A DNA stretch of 64,000 nt from Octopus vulgaris (Eukaryota). The notes under the pieces are model-generated. The model searched no databases, was not told the DNA's origin, and was given only the letters and a program-made list of their open reading frames with translations. The stretch spans positions 17,980,001 to 18,044,000 of the forward strand of contig OX597823.1 in the NCBI GenBank assembly GCA_951406725.2, given 5' to 3'. Shown here one piece after another: positions 1 through 12,359 of the stretch; position 1 is the first letter of the stretch; every line of letters starts with the position of its first letter. A program made the position numbers and the translations under genes.

Positions 1-279
1 CATTCCGTGATTAAAAATTAGTTTTATAGAAACTTCTTTCAAAATTCCTATATTGTTTTTCACACATTCCCTTGTGTTGGCTGAAATATGTAAAACGTTA
101 GAGAAAAAGAAACCTAGCTGTTTCTTGCAATACATACAAATAGATACATTTAAAGCAGAATTTTTTCATGAGCCCTTAAAATACTGTTGTGGATCTGTAA
201 TTTACTATTTTGCAGCATGGATCCCTAAAAGTCTTATATGGACCCTCACGGGCCATATGATCTTGGTTGAGAACCCCTG
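1..279. mobile_element. Right end of hAT-type non-autonomous DNA transposon/MITE
   Basis: Ends in GGTTGAGAACCCCTG (265-279), the reverse complement of CAGGGGTTCTCAACC, a typical hAT/Charlie MITE terminus; the left end is outside the window. Confidence 0.55.
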
Positions 280-361
280 CTTTAAATAGTCTTCATTATT
301 GCCAATTATACCACTAGTTTGTTGGATCTCCTGTCGTAGACGACAGATGAGGGCTCGGCGA

Positions 362-790
362 GCTGGCAAAAACGTTTCGGCGTGCTGGCAGAAACATTAG
401 CTCGCCGGGCGCAAAGCTTAGTGGTATTTCGTCTGTCGTTACGTTCTGAGTTCAAATTCCGCCGAGGTCGATTTTGCCTTTCATCCTTTCGGGATCGATA
501 AATTAAGCACCAGTTACGCACTGGGATCGATGTAATCGACTTAACCCGTTTGCCTGTCCTTGTTTGTCCCTTCTATGTTTAGCCCCTTGTGGGTAATAAA
601 GAAGCATGTATTTCGTCTGTCGTAACGTTCTGAGTTCAAATTCCGCCGAGGTCGACTTTGCCTTTCATCCTTTCGGGATCGATAAACTAAGCACCAGTTA
701 CGCACTGGGATCGATGTAATCAACTTAATCCGTTTGTCTGTCCTTGTTTGTCTCCTCTATATTTAGCCCCTTGTGGGCAGTAAAGAAATA
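362..790 (+). mobile_element. SINE-A dimer (tRNA-derived head, tail type 1)
   Basis: A-box-like TGGCAGAAAC and B-box-like GAGTTCAAATTCC; second monomer starts at GTATTTCGTCTG (608); flanked by 17-bp TSD AGATGAG(G/A)GCTCGGCGA (345-361, 791-807). Confidence 0.9.
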
Positions 791-819
791 AGATGAGAGC
801 TCGGCGATTTCTTGCTGAA

Positions 820-1027
820 CAACCTACACATACAAGCTCACTTCCTCCATCACATTGGCATTGCACGCAAAGGTGCACTGCGTGTCACATGTCAGATCTC
901 GAAATCATCGCTGAGCAATGTGAAATGGAATTTTTTACTCAAGAACACAACGCACCGCCCGGTCCGAAAATCGAAACCGCGATTTGGCGAACGAAAATTC
1001 AACACCTAAACCACCAGGCCACGCGCC
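820..1027 (-). mobile_element. SINE-D (tRNA-Arg-like head plus CORE-like segment)
   Basis: Reverse complement matches 7258-7560 (GGCGCGTGGCCTGGTGGTT...GTGTTCTTGAG). Confidence 0.75.
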
Positions 1028-2171
1028 CAAATGGTACCACCGCCATTAATACTTTCGTCTTCCTCACTACCCACCGCCCACCACCCTCCACTTTTCCAAC
1101 CACGGCTACCATCTCTAATGCCCCAAATACAATTTCGCGGTCAAATAAAAAATATACTGAATGTATAACCTAAATAAGAAAGGGAAGGAGTAGTGTGGAG
1201 TACTTTGAATGTACTCTTCCATGTTTTTGTTTGATCTCTTTTTGTTTTTCTAGTTCTTCAGTTAGAATCATCATGACTGTCTAATGATTTGGTAAAAAGA
1301 AAATTGCTTACCAGGTGCATGGTCACGTGATGAGATGCGGTATTATTGCATAAACACAGACAGATAAACATATGCATTCTCTTCACACACACCACAAACA
1401 TCCCTACACACTCACACACACGGGCACATACTAACATACACATACACATATACACACACATAGATATTATATGCATTCTCTTCTACCTATGTACACACAT
1501 TTACTATTTTCACTGCTATATTCCATTTGTTGCTATAAAAACAAAGGTGTCACGTGAATACGACGAGAAGCGTATATGACGCCATGATGACATGGTTTTC
1601 GTGTATCTGGGACATCTGTGTGTCTGAGCAATGTTTTGTCAACCTTTTAACGCCGGCCTCAACAATCTTGCAACTGGGCCAGAAGAAAGCAATAATGGTA
1701 AATTACAGCTGTTTCTATATAGTTGTTTAACTTCCTTCTAACCTAAATTACGCTAAGTACACTTCGCAAGAAATATCGAAACAAAAAATTGGAAATTTTG
1801 CTTTTGGGAGTTTCTCACCAACACTCTCTGACCTCTGGCCCCAAAAATGTACTATCTTCTTGCTCAGCCTGTTCCATCGCTATTGCCACAGCCTCTGAAC
1901 CCTCTTAACTTGTTAGTTGAATACCGTCTCCAACAAACTTACTCGACACACCAGCCTGTGCATATCTCTTCTCCTTTTGCCTTGCTTTCTATAATCTGTA
2001 TTAACCTCCACCCCAACACACTTGCGCGCGCCTTTTCAATCTTTCTTCTCCAGAATATTAACCGATTATAATACCCTCTGTTATTTTACCTGCAGATGTC
2101 AGCCGATTCATAATTCGATAACCACTGGGAAAAGGGTGATAATGTATGTGCATCGAGGAATCGATATATAA

Positions 2172-2214
<43 letters not shown>

Positions 2215-2366
2215 GATTTTTAACGAAGGATTAAAATGTCAAATTACCATCAAATCCGTTTCACTGAGCACTCCTGTATTTGATATTTTATATCAAACGG
2301 AGGAGTTATGCAATGTTATATAACATTATACAATAAATCTAGAGCCAGTCCACTTCGTCAGACATT

Positions 2367-2409
<43 letters not shown>

Positions 2410-3352
2410 TGCGTGTGTGTGTGTGTGTGTGTGTAAAGATATGTGTGTAGGTATTTTTATATATATACACGTATACGACACATATACTTACACACATGCT
2501 CATAGAGATAGGCAGGAACACACATACATATATTTAACTCATTGAAGTGGGATAAATAACGGACAGCTTGATTTTTCATTATTAAAAGCATTAATAAATA
2601 AAATATGGTCTTCAGGATGTCATCTAGTCTACTTGTAGACCTTCCTTTCATAATCTAATTTGCAGAAGCCAAGGTGCTCTTTTTATCTTCCCTGTCACTT
2701 TTACTACAGTTACTCAAGGTCCTCTGAGCTAGCAGCTCTACACCCATCCGATCTGTGTATATTATTTCTTCTCGTCATTCCTACCTACCCAACCATCCCC
2801 TTCTAACATGTTCTAATCATTCCACCCAATACTTCCTCCTCAGAAAGACTGTAGTTTAAGGACATCCTTCTATTGCACACATCTTACCAAGAAGCGAGTA
2901 GACAACTGTCATCTGCTGCAGTTATATGTCGGACTGGGTCGAAGTGCCTTGATCTACAAGGGATTGGAGTTAGAAGAGCTGGGGATTCACTTACGTGGAT
3001 CCTTTGTCGGCACTATTTATGACTATGGTACAAAGCCAGTCACTATAGAACACCTACCGAGATGCCCTCTACTGCAAGAACCATGTACTTCCGCTCACCT
3101 TGCAATATGTATATAACGAAGAGGTTGTGAATGTAGTTATCTTTAGATGAACGAAGTTTAGCTAAATGGGAAATTGACCTACAAATATTATTCTAACGTT
3201 GAAAGTGAAGCTGAATATAAACAACATGAACGACTCACCAGTCTGTAGGGAGGAAGGAAGTCTTGTCTGTAAACTCTATGAGTAACGGTGTAAATGAAAG
3301 CACTTCCAAGTTCATAGCTTGATTTGTGTTCAATACTGCATGTTAATTACAC

Positions 3353-3748
3353 TAATATCCTTTTCTACTCTAGGCACAAAGCCTGACATTTTTTGGGAAG
3401 GGGTCCAGTAGACCCCAGTGCGTAAATGGTACTTATTTATTCGACCCCGAAAGGATGAAAGGCAAAGTCGACCTCGGCAGAATTTGAACTCAGAACATAA
3501 AGACAGACGAAATACGTATTTCTTTATTACCCACAAGGGGCTAAACACAGAGGGGACAAACAAGGACAGACATAGGTATTAAGTCGATTACATCGACCCC
3601 AGTGCGTAACTGGTACTTAATTTATCGACCCCGAAAGGATAAAAGGCAAAGTCGACCGCGGCGGAATTTGAACTCAGAACGTAACGGCAGACGAATTACG
3701 GCTACGCATTTCGCCCGGCGTGCTACTATTTCTGCCAACTCGCCGCCT
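3353..3748 (-). mobile_element. SINE-A dimer (tail 1 monomer plus tail 2 monomer)
   Basis: 12-bp TSD TGTTAATTACAC (3341-3352, 3749-3760); palindromic junction GAAATACGTATTTC at 3509-3522. Confidence 0.9.
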
Positions 3749-4295
3749 TGTTAATTACACCCACTAATGGATATAAAAAAAAATGTCCCTATCGCACCTT
3801 GCACCTTTTTATGGTACCTATTTAGAGCTAGTTTACTGAGCCAGAAAAAGTTTACTTTGATAGACAATGAAGTTCATTTTGTAATTCTTTACGTTCTCTT
3901 TCTTTCCTTCTCAATCTCTTTCCCCCTTATTCTCCTTCGCTGCATCTTCTCATTCTGTCGTTAGTCCTATACACAAAAAAAACTTTTTACACTTTCCTTC
4001 TGTTTATATTTTTCACCATAATTCAAGTCATAAATTGTGGTGAATCACAGTAAAACTCTCCCCCCCTCTCTTTCTCTCCCTCTCTCCCCTCTCTCTGTTT
4101 CCCTTTGTTTCTCTCTGTTTTTCTGTCTGTCTGTCTGTCTATATCTCTCTCTCCCTCTCTCACTCACTCACTCTATCTATCTATCTATCTGTCTATCTAT
4201 CTACCTACCTACATACTCATCTATCTATTTATCTCACGTGTTAAACTGCCTTCTCCAAACGATAGCTTGGCTGAATAGAAATCCCTTTTAAGAGA

Positions 4296-4331
<36 letters not shown>

Positions 4332-4599
4332 CAGAGAGAGACAGAGAGAGAGACAGAGAGAGAGAGAGACAGAGAAAGAGAAAGAGAAATTCAATATTAT
4401 TCTAAATGAAAACTAAATAAGATTTAAGCATATAAATATGTTTTACACATTAAATATACTTTGACATGGCGAACACGAACGGTTTGGTTATCTGGGTAGT
4501 CATGTGTAGAGGTTCAGATAAATAATGTTATCTTGTTAAAACTTCGTGTTAAAACTTTCTGCCGGCGACCGAACGTTAACGTTTCTTTACTAGTACTGC

Positions 4600-4740
4600 T
4601 TCCACGCTACCCCCAGCAAGACACGTGATACGTTCTACACGTCAGTCTGAAAATGGGACCAATAGATTGAGACAGAAAATAGAAGAGTGGCTGCGTTACC
4701 GGACACATGACCTGGCCAGTGTTCTATTGGACGTAACCCG
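4600..4740. promoter_or_regulatory. Possible promoter/enhancer motif cluster
   Basis: Non-repetitive, CpG-containing stretch with E-box CACGTG (4622-4627), CRE/ATF-like ACACGTCA (4637-4644), CCAAT (4659-4663) and ATTGG (4726-4730); no transcript evidence. Confidence 0.25.
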
Positions 4741-4881
4741 GGACAGTGTAGGCTGTTGTGCAAGCAGAATTTGAAGAGCACAGGGCAGAATGTCTAGTGC
4801 AGTGGTTCTGAATCGTTTTTTGCTTATGGATGCCTTTGATTCCGATCTTACTCTCCTGGATCCCCCTAGCCATTCGATATA

Positions 4882-5275
4882 TCTTTATATATAAAAGTGA
4901 GATTGTGTGCTGTCTGTCTCCTACGATTTAGATTCCTAACTACTCCCACATTTTGCGGTGCAGTTTAACCAAAACCGGGTATCTTATAGTCGTGATTCAT
5001 ATCGAGCCCTTCTGGGTATTAGCGCGCGTCTACGATGAGTATACGATTTAAAAAAAATTTACCATCAATTTTTCCCATTTTTAATGCATTTTTGGCATAT
5101 ATAAGGGAAGTAACTCTCTAAAAATTTATTATTAAATCTCAGAACGTAAAAAGCTACAGTAACACCCCCCTTTGTGGTTAGCCATATTGAGATGGCTATT
5201 ATATTTTACATCTCTAAAAACGCTTATATAGTTATTTCCCTTACAAACCCGAGCAACGCCGGGCGATACTGCTAG
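4882..5275 (+). mobile_element. Non-autonomous Helitron
   Basis: 5' TC(TTTATATATAAAAG), 3' hairpin CCCGAGCAACGCCGGG then CTAG, inserted between A and T; closely related to 40032-40425. Confidence 0.85.
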
Positions 5276-5294
5276 TATATATATATATATAAAC

Positions 5295-5526
5295 AAGGCG
5301 GCGAGCTGGCAGAAATGATAGCACGCCGGGCGAAATGCTTTGCGGTATTTCGTCTGCAGTTACGTTCTGAGTTCAAATTCCGCCGAGGTCGACTTTGCCT
5401 TTCATCCTTTCGGGGTCGATAAATTAAGTACCAGTTACGCACTGGGGTCGATATAATCGACTTAATCCTTTTGTCTGTCCTTGTTTGTCCTCTCTGTGTT
5501 TAGCCCCTTGTGGGTAGTAAAGAAAT
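5295..5526 (+). mobile_element. SINE-A monomer (tail 1)
   Basis: Full match to the SINE-A unit defined by the TSD at 57695-57958. Confidence 0.9.
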
Positions 5527-5544
5527 ATATATATAAATGTAAAA

Positions 5545-6400
5545 AAATACAAACTTGGACAAGAACGTGAGACATTTAGAAGACGATACAAAAAACACGG
5601 ACGGGACATTCGAAGCCTTCAATCTTCAGTCAAGAACCGGATCATCTTCGCAATTTCGGCTGATTAATCTTGAGATTGCTCCGATCTGGCCAGCCCCAAA
5701 GGAAAATCTAAATATATATATATATATATACATATATATACAGATATATATGTGTGTGTATATATATATATATCCCCCTCACCATTCTTCATGGTCTCCT
5801 CGCACTATTCCCCTTCTTCTCTCCCTTCCTCTTGCTCCTCCTCCCCATTCCCGTCGTCCATCTGCGACGATACTTCCGCCGTAACTGCTAACGGTCTTTC
5901 TCGCCCGCCTTTTAAGGCTACTGGACGACTTTTCCTGCTCTCTCGTCGTTCACAAAAAATTCAGCGTTTGCAATACTTTTTTCGTTCGGCGTCAACAGCC
6001 CTTCTTATCTTCTTCTCCCTGTCCTGTCTTTTACTGTTATATATATTTTTTTTACTGTTTATATATATATATTTTTACTGTTTATATTTTTGTACTGTCG
6101 TTACTGTCTCGTCTTTTTTACCATTTTTTTACCCCTCTGCGAAAAGATCTCAGAATTTTAATTGATTTGCTTTTCGCAGGAAGGAAAGTTTCTTGTCGAA
6201 GATACGTCTCGCTTTTATCCTTCGAAACGTAGAGTAGATGAAACCTTAGCGACTGAAGAAGGGGTTTTTTCGTTGTTTTAACTGTCCTGTACTCCATTTT
6301 TTGTTGTTTTTAAAAATATGTCCTGTTCCTTTGGTTTGTGTCTATGTTTTCGTTTCTCTATGTGTTCGACGTCCCCTTGGTGTCCCGTACTCATATATGC
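5545..6400. mobile_element. PLE-terminal-repeat-like interspersed repeat pieces
   Basis: 5640-5710 matches 37000-37070 (GCAATTTCGGCTG...CTTGAGATTGCTCC..ATCTGGCCA); contains scattered hammerhead half-motifs CTGAAGA and CGAAACGT. Confidence 0.4.
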
Positions 6401-6779
6401 GTGTATATGTACATGTAGAGGTAGGTACGTACATATATGTTTATATATATGCATATGTTATATTTCTTTTATTAATATATATATACTGTATATATATATA
6501 TATATATATATATAACAGTCCTACTTTGTTTTTATAATTAAATAATATAAATTGTATTAATACAGTATTAACATACTTTGTGTGTTGTAGAACTATAAGC
6601 AATTTATTGAACATATATTTTAACAGCAAAATTTGATATAAACCCCCAAAAGCCATATGGGCCCCGGTTGAAAACCTTGTGGTATGTGGTTATGTACTTC
6701 TATATTCTGAGTTTAATTTTTTATCGATGTTTACTTTCCGTTCCAAAAATTCTATGTTCGATACAATTAGTACCTGACA

Positions 6780-6860
6780 CTTCCATTTTGGCGTCGCTTA
6801 TTTGGCGTCGCCAATTCGACGCTGATTTATTTCGTATTAAACGTTTTAATGTTTCTCTCG
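6780..6860. repeat. Fragment of DNA element with short TTGGCGYCG subterminal repeats
   Basis: TTTTGGCGTCG repeated; similar pieces near 35550, 50020-50070 and 50430-50510. Confidence 0.3.
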
Positions 6861-6879
6861 TTCTCTCTTTCCGTCAGTC

Positions 6880-6939
<60 letters not shown>

Positions 6940-6953
6940 CCCTCTCTCTCATA

Positions 6954-7016
<63 letters not shown>

Positions 7017-7190
7017 ACATATATGTATACATATATGTTCCACGCCGGGCGAATATTATTGTTGAATGTATATTATATAGTCTCTTGACTATTTTTCTTT
7101 CTCACTAGATCGGTGGTGGCGAAAAAAAATTTCTATTGAATTTTTTGCTACCCTTATATTGAGTGATATATATATATATGTATATATATG

Positions 7191-7251
<61 letters not shown>

Positions 7252-7257
7252 ATGTAT

Positions 7258-7560
7258 GAAGGCGCATGGCTTAGTAGTTAAGGTGCTGCACTCACGATTG
7301 CGAGATCGCGGATTCGATTCTCAGATCGGGCATTGCGTTGTGTTCTTGAGCAAAGCACTTCATTTCACGTTGCTCTGCGATCATTTCGACACCAGACATG
7401 TGGCACCCAGTTGCACCTGTACAGGTAATGTCGATCTGATGGAGAGAGTGAGCTTACGTCTACACAGACATTTGACCACTATAAACAAATCATTTGTATG
7501 GTTTTGCGGTAAGAAATTGTCGAACCCTCATACGTTGTCTAACGGCGGGAGAGTCCATCA
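7258..7560 (+). mobile_element. SINE-D (tRNA-Arg-like head, CORE-like centre)
   Basis: GGCGCATGGCTTAGTAGTTAAGG A-box, GGATTCGATTCT B-box, CTCACGATT anticodon-like loop, GTGTTCTTGAGCAAAGCACTT CORE-like motif. Confidence 0.8.
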
Positions 7561-7576
7561 TATGAGTGTGTATGTA

Positions 7577-7620
<44 letters not shown>

Positions 7621-8409
7621 CATGTGTGTGTGTGTGTGTGTATGTGCGTGAGTGTACATAGATGCATATGTGTGTTTGCCTCCAGCACCAACAGCTACTG
7701 TTGCCAAAACAGTCGTGTCAAACTGTCAGCATCCAGGACATCTACCCCCAATTGTCCCATTCCGGCAATCATGTACTGTATCTTCATGTAAAATCTGGGG
7801 GCTTTCTGATTATATAAGAAAATGCTTCTACTCAGTAATGAAGATCTATGGCTTAGTGGTGAGAGTGCTTGATTCAAGATCATAACGTTACGGGTTCAAT
7901 TCCTGGGTGTTTCATGCTGCTACTGTTTACTCAACTGAAACGGAAAACTAAACGAGTGTTCGTGTAGTCCCCTTTCTCTTTCCAGCTTTCGCATCACGGA
8001 TGCCATGGGTGGTCAAAGATGAGTGAACTGATAGACACCTGAAACGTTAACTTCCACATATGTTTGTATGCCCAGGGAACACGCGACTACATAAACACCT
8101 AAAACATTAGCGAAAGCATGGTACATGTTACCAAGACATACTCGGTCGCAAATTACAGGTTGGCTCTTCTCTTCTTGCATTATACTTTTCAGCAACATTT
8201 AATGTCTTTCAAAGATGTTTCCATAATGTTCTGATTGGTATTTCTGATAATTTTTATCCTTTTTGTATAAACAAATAAATTCTTTAAGGTAGGAAGGATA
8301 GTGCTTTTACCATTAATAGAAAGAAAACCGCGCTGAAGACCATTTTTTCATCGAGACCTAACTACAGATCAAAGGAATTAGTGGAGTAAATTTTCTATTC
8401 CGAAGACCT

Positions 8410-8638
8410 GTTTCTTTACTACCCACAAGGGGCTAAACACAGAGAGGATGATCAAGGACAGACAAACGGATCAAGTCGATTATATCGATCCCAGTGCGTA
8501 ACTGGTACTTATGTAATAGACCCCGAAAGGATGAAAGGCAAAGTCGACCTCGGCGGAATTTGAACTCAGAACGTAGTGGCAGACGAAATACGGCTACGCA
8601 TTTCGCCCGGCGTGCTAACGATTCTGCCAGCTCGCCGC
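8410..8638 (-). mobile_element. SINE-A monomer (tail 1)
   Basis: Reverse complement of the SINE-A unit. Confidence 0.9.
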
Positions 8639-10107
8639 AGAGACTATGTCTTCAGTGATGCGACAGTACTGAGGATGGTTTGTAACATAGGCATACTTTT
8701 GTTCTACATTTTGATAACGAGATATAGTTTGCTAAATCAACCCATTATATAACTGGTACATATGATTTTATGAACTATGGGAAGATGAGAAGTAAAGTCG
8801 ATCCTGATCAGATCTGAACTAATAAAATAAAGATACTCCACGTTGATTCAAATTCTCAGCTAAAAGAAAAGATTAAACAACCAAAGCGACGAACTGGCAG
8901 AGTCGTTAGAGCATCGAATAAGATCGCCTTAAGGTTATTTGCTGAATCATTTGTTCAGACTCTCTGAGTTCAAATCCCGTGGGCGTCATTTTAGTGCTTC
9001 ATTCTTTCAGAGTCGATAAAAACGAGATTAGTGGATTAGAGAAAGTGTAAGAAATTTAGACCGGATCCTTTGCGTTATTTGTTACAAACCTTTACGTTCT
9101 GAGTTCAAATCGTATCATGTCCTACTATTTGTTACATTCTATCCGTTCCCGGTTTAATAACATCATCTGGGATCTTCACTATATTTAGCGGAATCCACTC
9201 CATTCAGTTCATTCGGTTCAGATCTCCAATTTGAGATTATCTTCTTCTACCCCCAGCCCCTGCGTTCCAGAGACCCTGTAAAAGGGTCACGCGCACTGCC
9301 TTCCCTAACAAAAAAAGATAAAATAAAATATTGTCTTTGTGCCCCACAAAAGACCAATAGGTATAATTAATTCGTAACGCCCCCACTACGAATAATACTA
9401 ATACTAATAATACTAATACTACTACTACTAATAATAATAAAGACACAAAGAATGTAGCCACGTTTTAGGGATCATATGTTTAAAGTGTACTTAACTATTC
9501 TCCTTAAATATGTTATGTTATAATGATGTGGTTGCATAAGATGGGACTATTATCCACACGACATCTAGTTGGGTATTGAGTAGAGATAAGTTTTGTGAAA
9601 ACATTCACCCCGAAAGGCGTTAATGCACGCATACGGGTACTCGTATATGTGTGTGTGTGTGCGTGCACATATACACATGCATATATATAAGTGACGACTC
9701 TATTTTTCTGTGTGAGTTTGTGTGAGCATGCAAGTGTGTGTTGCACGTCGAGAGAGAAAGTCTGGAATGTCTGAGCGTATGTATGTATATGATTGTGTCT
9801 ATAGAGTAAAGTGTGTTTGTGCTTCTTTATAGTTAGTTCGCTTATGTAATTTATTCCAAATGTGTTTATACTAGATTAGGGGGTTTCAGGCTGAGGGCTG
9901 CTAAGGACATTACACGTGATGTACGGTGGAGGTACTGGTGGTGGTGATGGTGGTGGTGGTGGTGGGTACTAGTGGTAGGGGTGGGTGTTGGTGTTGGTAT
10001 TGGTGTGAGCTTCTGCATAGCCCGCATAGACAAGCGAACGTATGCATATGTATACATGTGTGTGTGTATACATATTCATACATACACACTTACAGACATA
10101 TGTATGA

Positions 10108-10212
<105 letters not shown>

Positions 10213-10614
10213 TGTATGTATGTATGTATGTATGTATATGCATGTTTATATATGTGTGCTGTTACAGAGAAATGTATACAGTGAGGGAAATAGAGAGAGA
10301 GAAAAACTATGCAAACATACAGACGTATTATTAAGTGTGTGTGTGTGTGTGTATGTGTGTGTGCACGTGTGTGTGTATGTGTGTGTGTGCACGTGTGTGT
10401 GTATGTGTGTGTGTGTATGTATGTCGCTTGTCTACAGTACAGCATTAATGCTTATCTACAATGGCAAAAGTTAACCTCTTCTTTCTATGGTAAAATCTGG
10501 CACTCTATAAAATAGTTCGAAAGAAGAAACAGAAAAAAGAGTTTAATCGCTTACAACGGGTATCCTTTAGCACACCAACACCACTGGCATAATAGAACCA
10601 TCACCAGCACTGTG

Positions 10615-10923
10615 TGGAGGCACATGGCCTAGTGGTTAGAGCAGCGGACTCGCAGTCGAGGGATCGCAGGTTCGAATCTCAGACCGGACGATGTGTGTGT
10701 GTTTATGTGCGAAAACACCTAAGCTCCACGCGGCTCCGGCAGAAGGTAATGGCGAAACTTCTGCTGACTCTCTCTCCACAATTTTCTCTCACTCTTTCCT
10801 CCTGCATCTTGCAGCTCACCTGCGACGGACCGGCGTCCCGTCCGGGTGGGGAACCTATACGCCAAGAAACAGGGAAACCGGCCCTTGTGAGGCAGGCATG
10901 GCTCGAGAAGGAACAAACAACAT
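10615..10923 (+). mobile_element. SINE-C with tail X
   Basis: tRNA-like head GGCACATGGCCTAGTGGTTAGAGCAGCGGACTCG...GGTTCGAATC, shared body AAACACCTAAGCTCCACG, tail CTGCGACGGACCGGCGTCCCGTCC. Confidence 0.85.
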
Positions 10924-10924
10924 C

Positions 10925-11450
10925 ACCATCGCTGGCATAATTGAACCACCACCACCACCGTCGCCGCCATCGCTGCAACTACCACCACTACCACTACCAC
11001 TACCACCGCAACCAATGCCACTACCACCACAGCTAGTACTACCACCCCACAACCACCTTCGTAACCACCACCACCACGAGCATCCCCGCAACCACTACCA
11101 ATATCACCACCACCACAACCATCACCACCACAACCAACATCATCACAACCACCACAATCATTACCACAAACATCACCACCACCACCACCACCACCACCAC
11201 AACATCGCCACCACAAAAACCCCCACAACCACCACCACAAACACCACCACAACCACCACCACTACCACTACCACCACCACCACCATCTACTATCTCAACT
11301 ACCCCTACCTTTACCGCAAGCACTACCAGTTGCAATACCACTTGTACCACTGACGCCATATCACAACTCCACCGTTTTCATCGCAATGACTACCATCACC
11401 ATTACACATGCCACTGCAGTAATCACCACTAATGACACAGACCATACCAT
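10925..11450. repeat. Degenerate (CAC/ACC)n low-complexity tract
   Basis: Direct reading. Confidence 0.9.
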
Positions 11451-11570
11451 TTGCTGCTCTGCTGTCAGAATCTCTTACCAAAAGACACAAGAATAGCCAA
11501 GATCATCATTACTCAAACCTTTCTAACTATCGCACACATCACAATTACCAGCGGTGGCGTCGTGGTCATC

Positions 11571-12202
11571 ATCGACTTAATCCCTTTGTCTATCCATGTT
11601 TATCCCCTCTGTGTGTAACCCCTTGTGGGCAGTAAAGAAATGTGAAACGCTAGCACGCCGGGCGAAATGCTTTGCGGTATTTCGTCTGCTGCTACGTTCT
11701 GAGTTCAAATTCCGCCGAGGTCGACTTTGCCTTTCATCCTTTCGGGGTCGATTAAATAAGTACCAGTTACGCACTGGAGTCGATATAATCGACTTAATCC
11801 GTTTGTCTGTCCTTGTTTGTCCTCTCTGTGTTTAACCCTTTGTGGATAGTAAAGAAATAGGTATTTCGTCTGCCGCTACGTTCTGAGTTCTAATTCCACC
11901 GAGCTCGACTTTGCCTTTCATGCCTTTGGGGTCGATTAAATAAGTACCAGTTACGCACTAGGGTCGATATAATCCGTTTGTCTGTCCTTGTTTGTCCTCT
12001 CTGTGTTTAGCCCCTTGTGGGTAGTAAAGAAATAGGCATTTCGTCTGTCTTCACGTTCTGAGTTCAAATTCAGCCGAGGTCGACTTTGCTTTTCATGCTT
12101 TCGGAGTCGATAAATTACGTACCAGTTGCGTTCTGGTGTCGATCTAATCGTCTGGCGCCCTGCCCCCAAATTTCGGGCCTTGTGCCTAGAGTAGGAAAGA
12201 AT
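11571..12202 (+). mobile_element. SINE-A multimer (tail, near-full monomer, two truncated monomers, last with tail 2)
   Basis: Junctions at about 11641, 11860/11861 and 12035/12036. Confidence 0.9.
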
Positions 12203-12359
12203 CTCGATCATCACCATTAACATCAATAGTAACATGACAACCACCATCACCATCACCACCACTATTACAACCAATGCCAATACCCGCAACCGCCACGGCC
12301 GCCTCCACCAGCACCATCTCTATCACGACCATCACCATCACCACCACCACAACCATGCA

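Noticed and set aside
2096-2150. Possible + exon after CCTGCAG (similar weak candidates at 7983, 15538, 57219)
   Set aside because: Splice-like motifs expected by chance; no coherent gene model
2600-3000. Possible LINE RT remnant on - strand
   Set aside because: Many stops and no diagnostic motif recognised
9237-9330. Strong minus-strand splice acceptor near 9305
   Set aside because: All frames stop within about 25 codons, no good donor, no recognisable peptide
10615-10690. tRNA genes (also 7258, 31139, 55908)
   Set aside because: Heads lack a complete cloverleaf and run into SINE bodies; treated as SINEs
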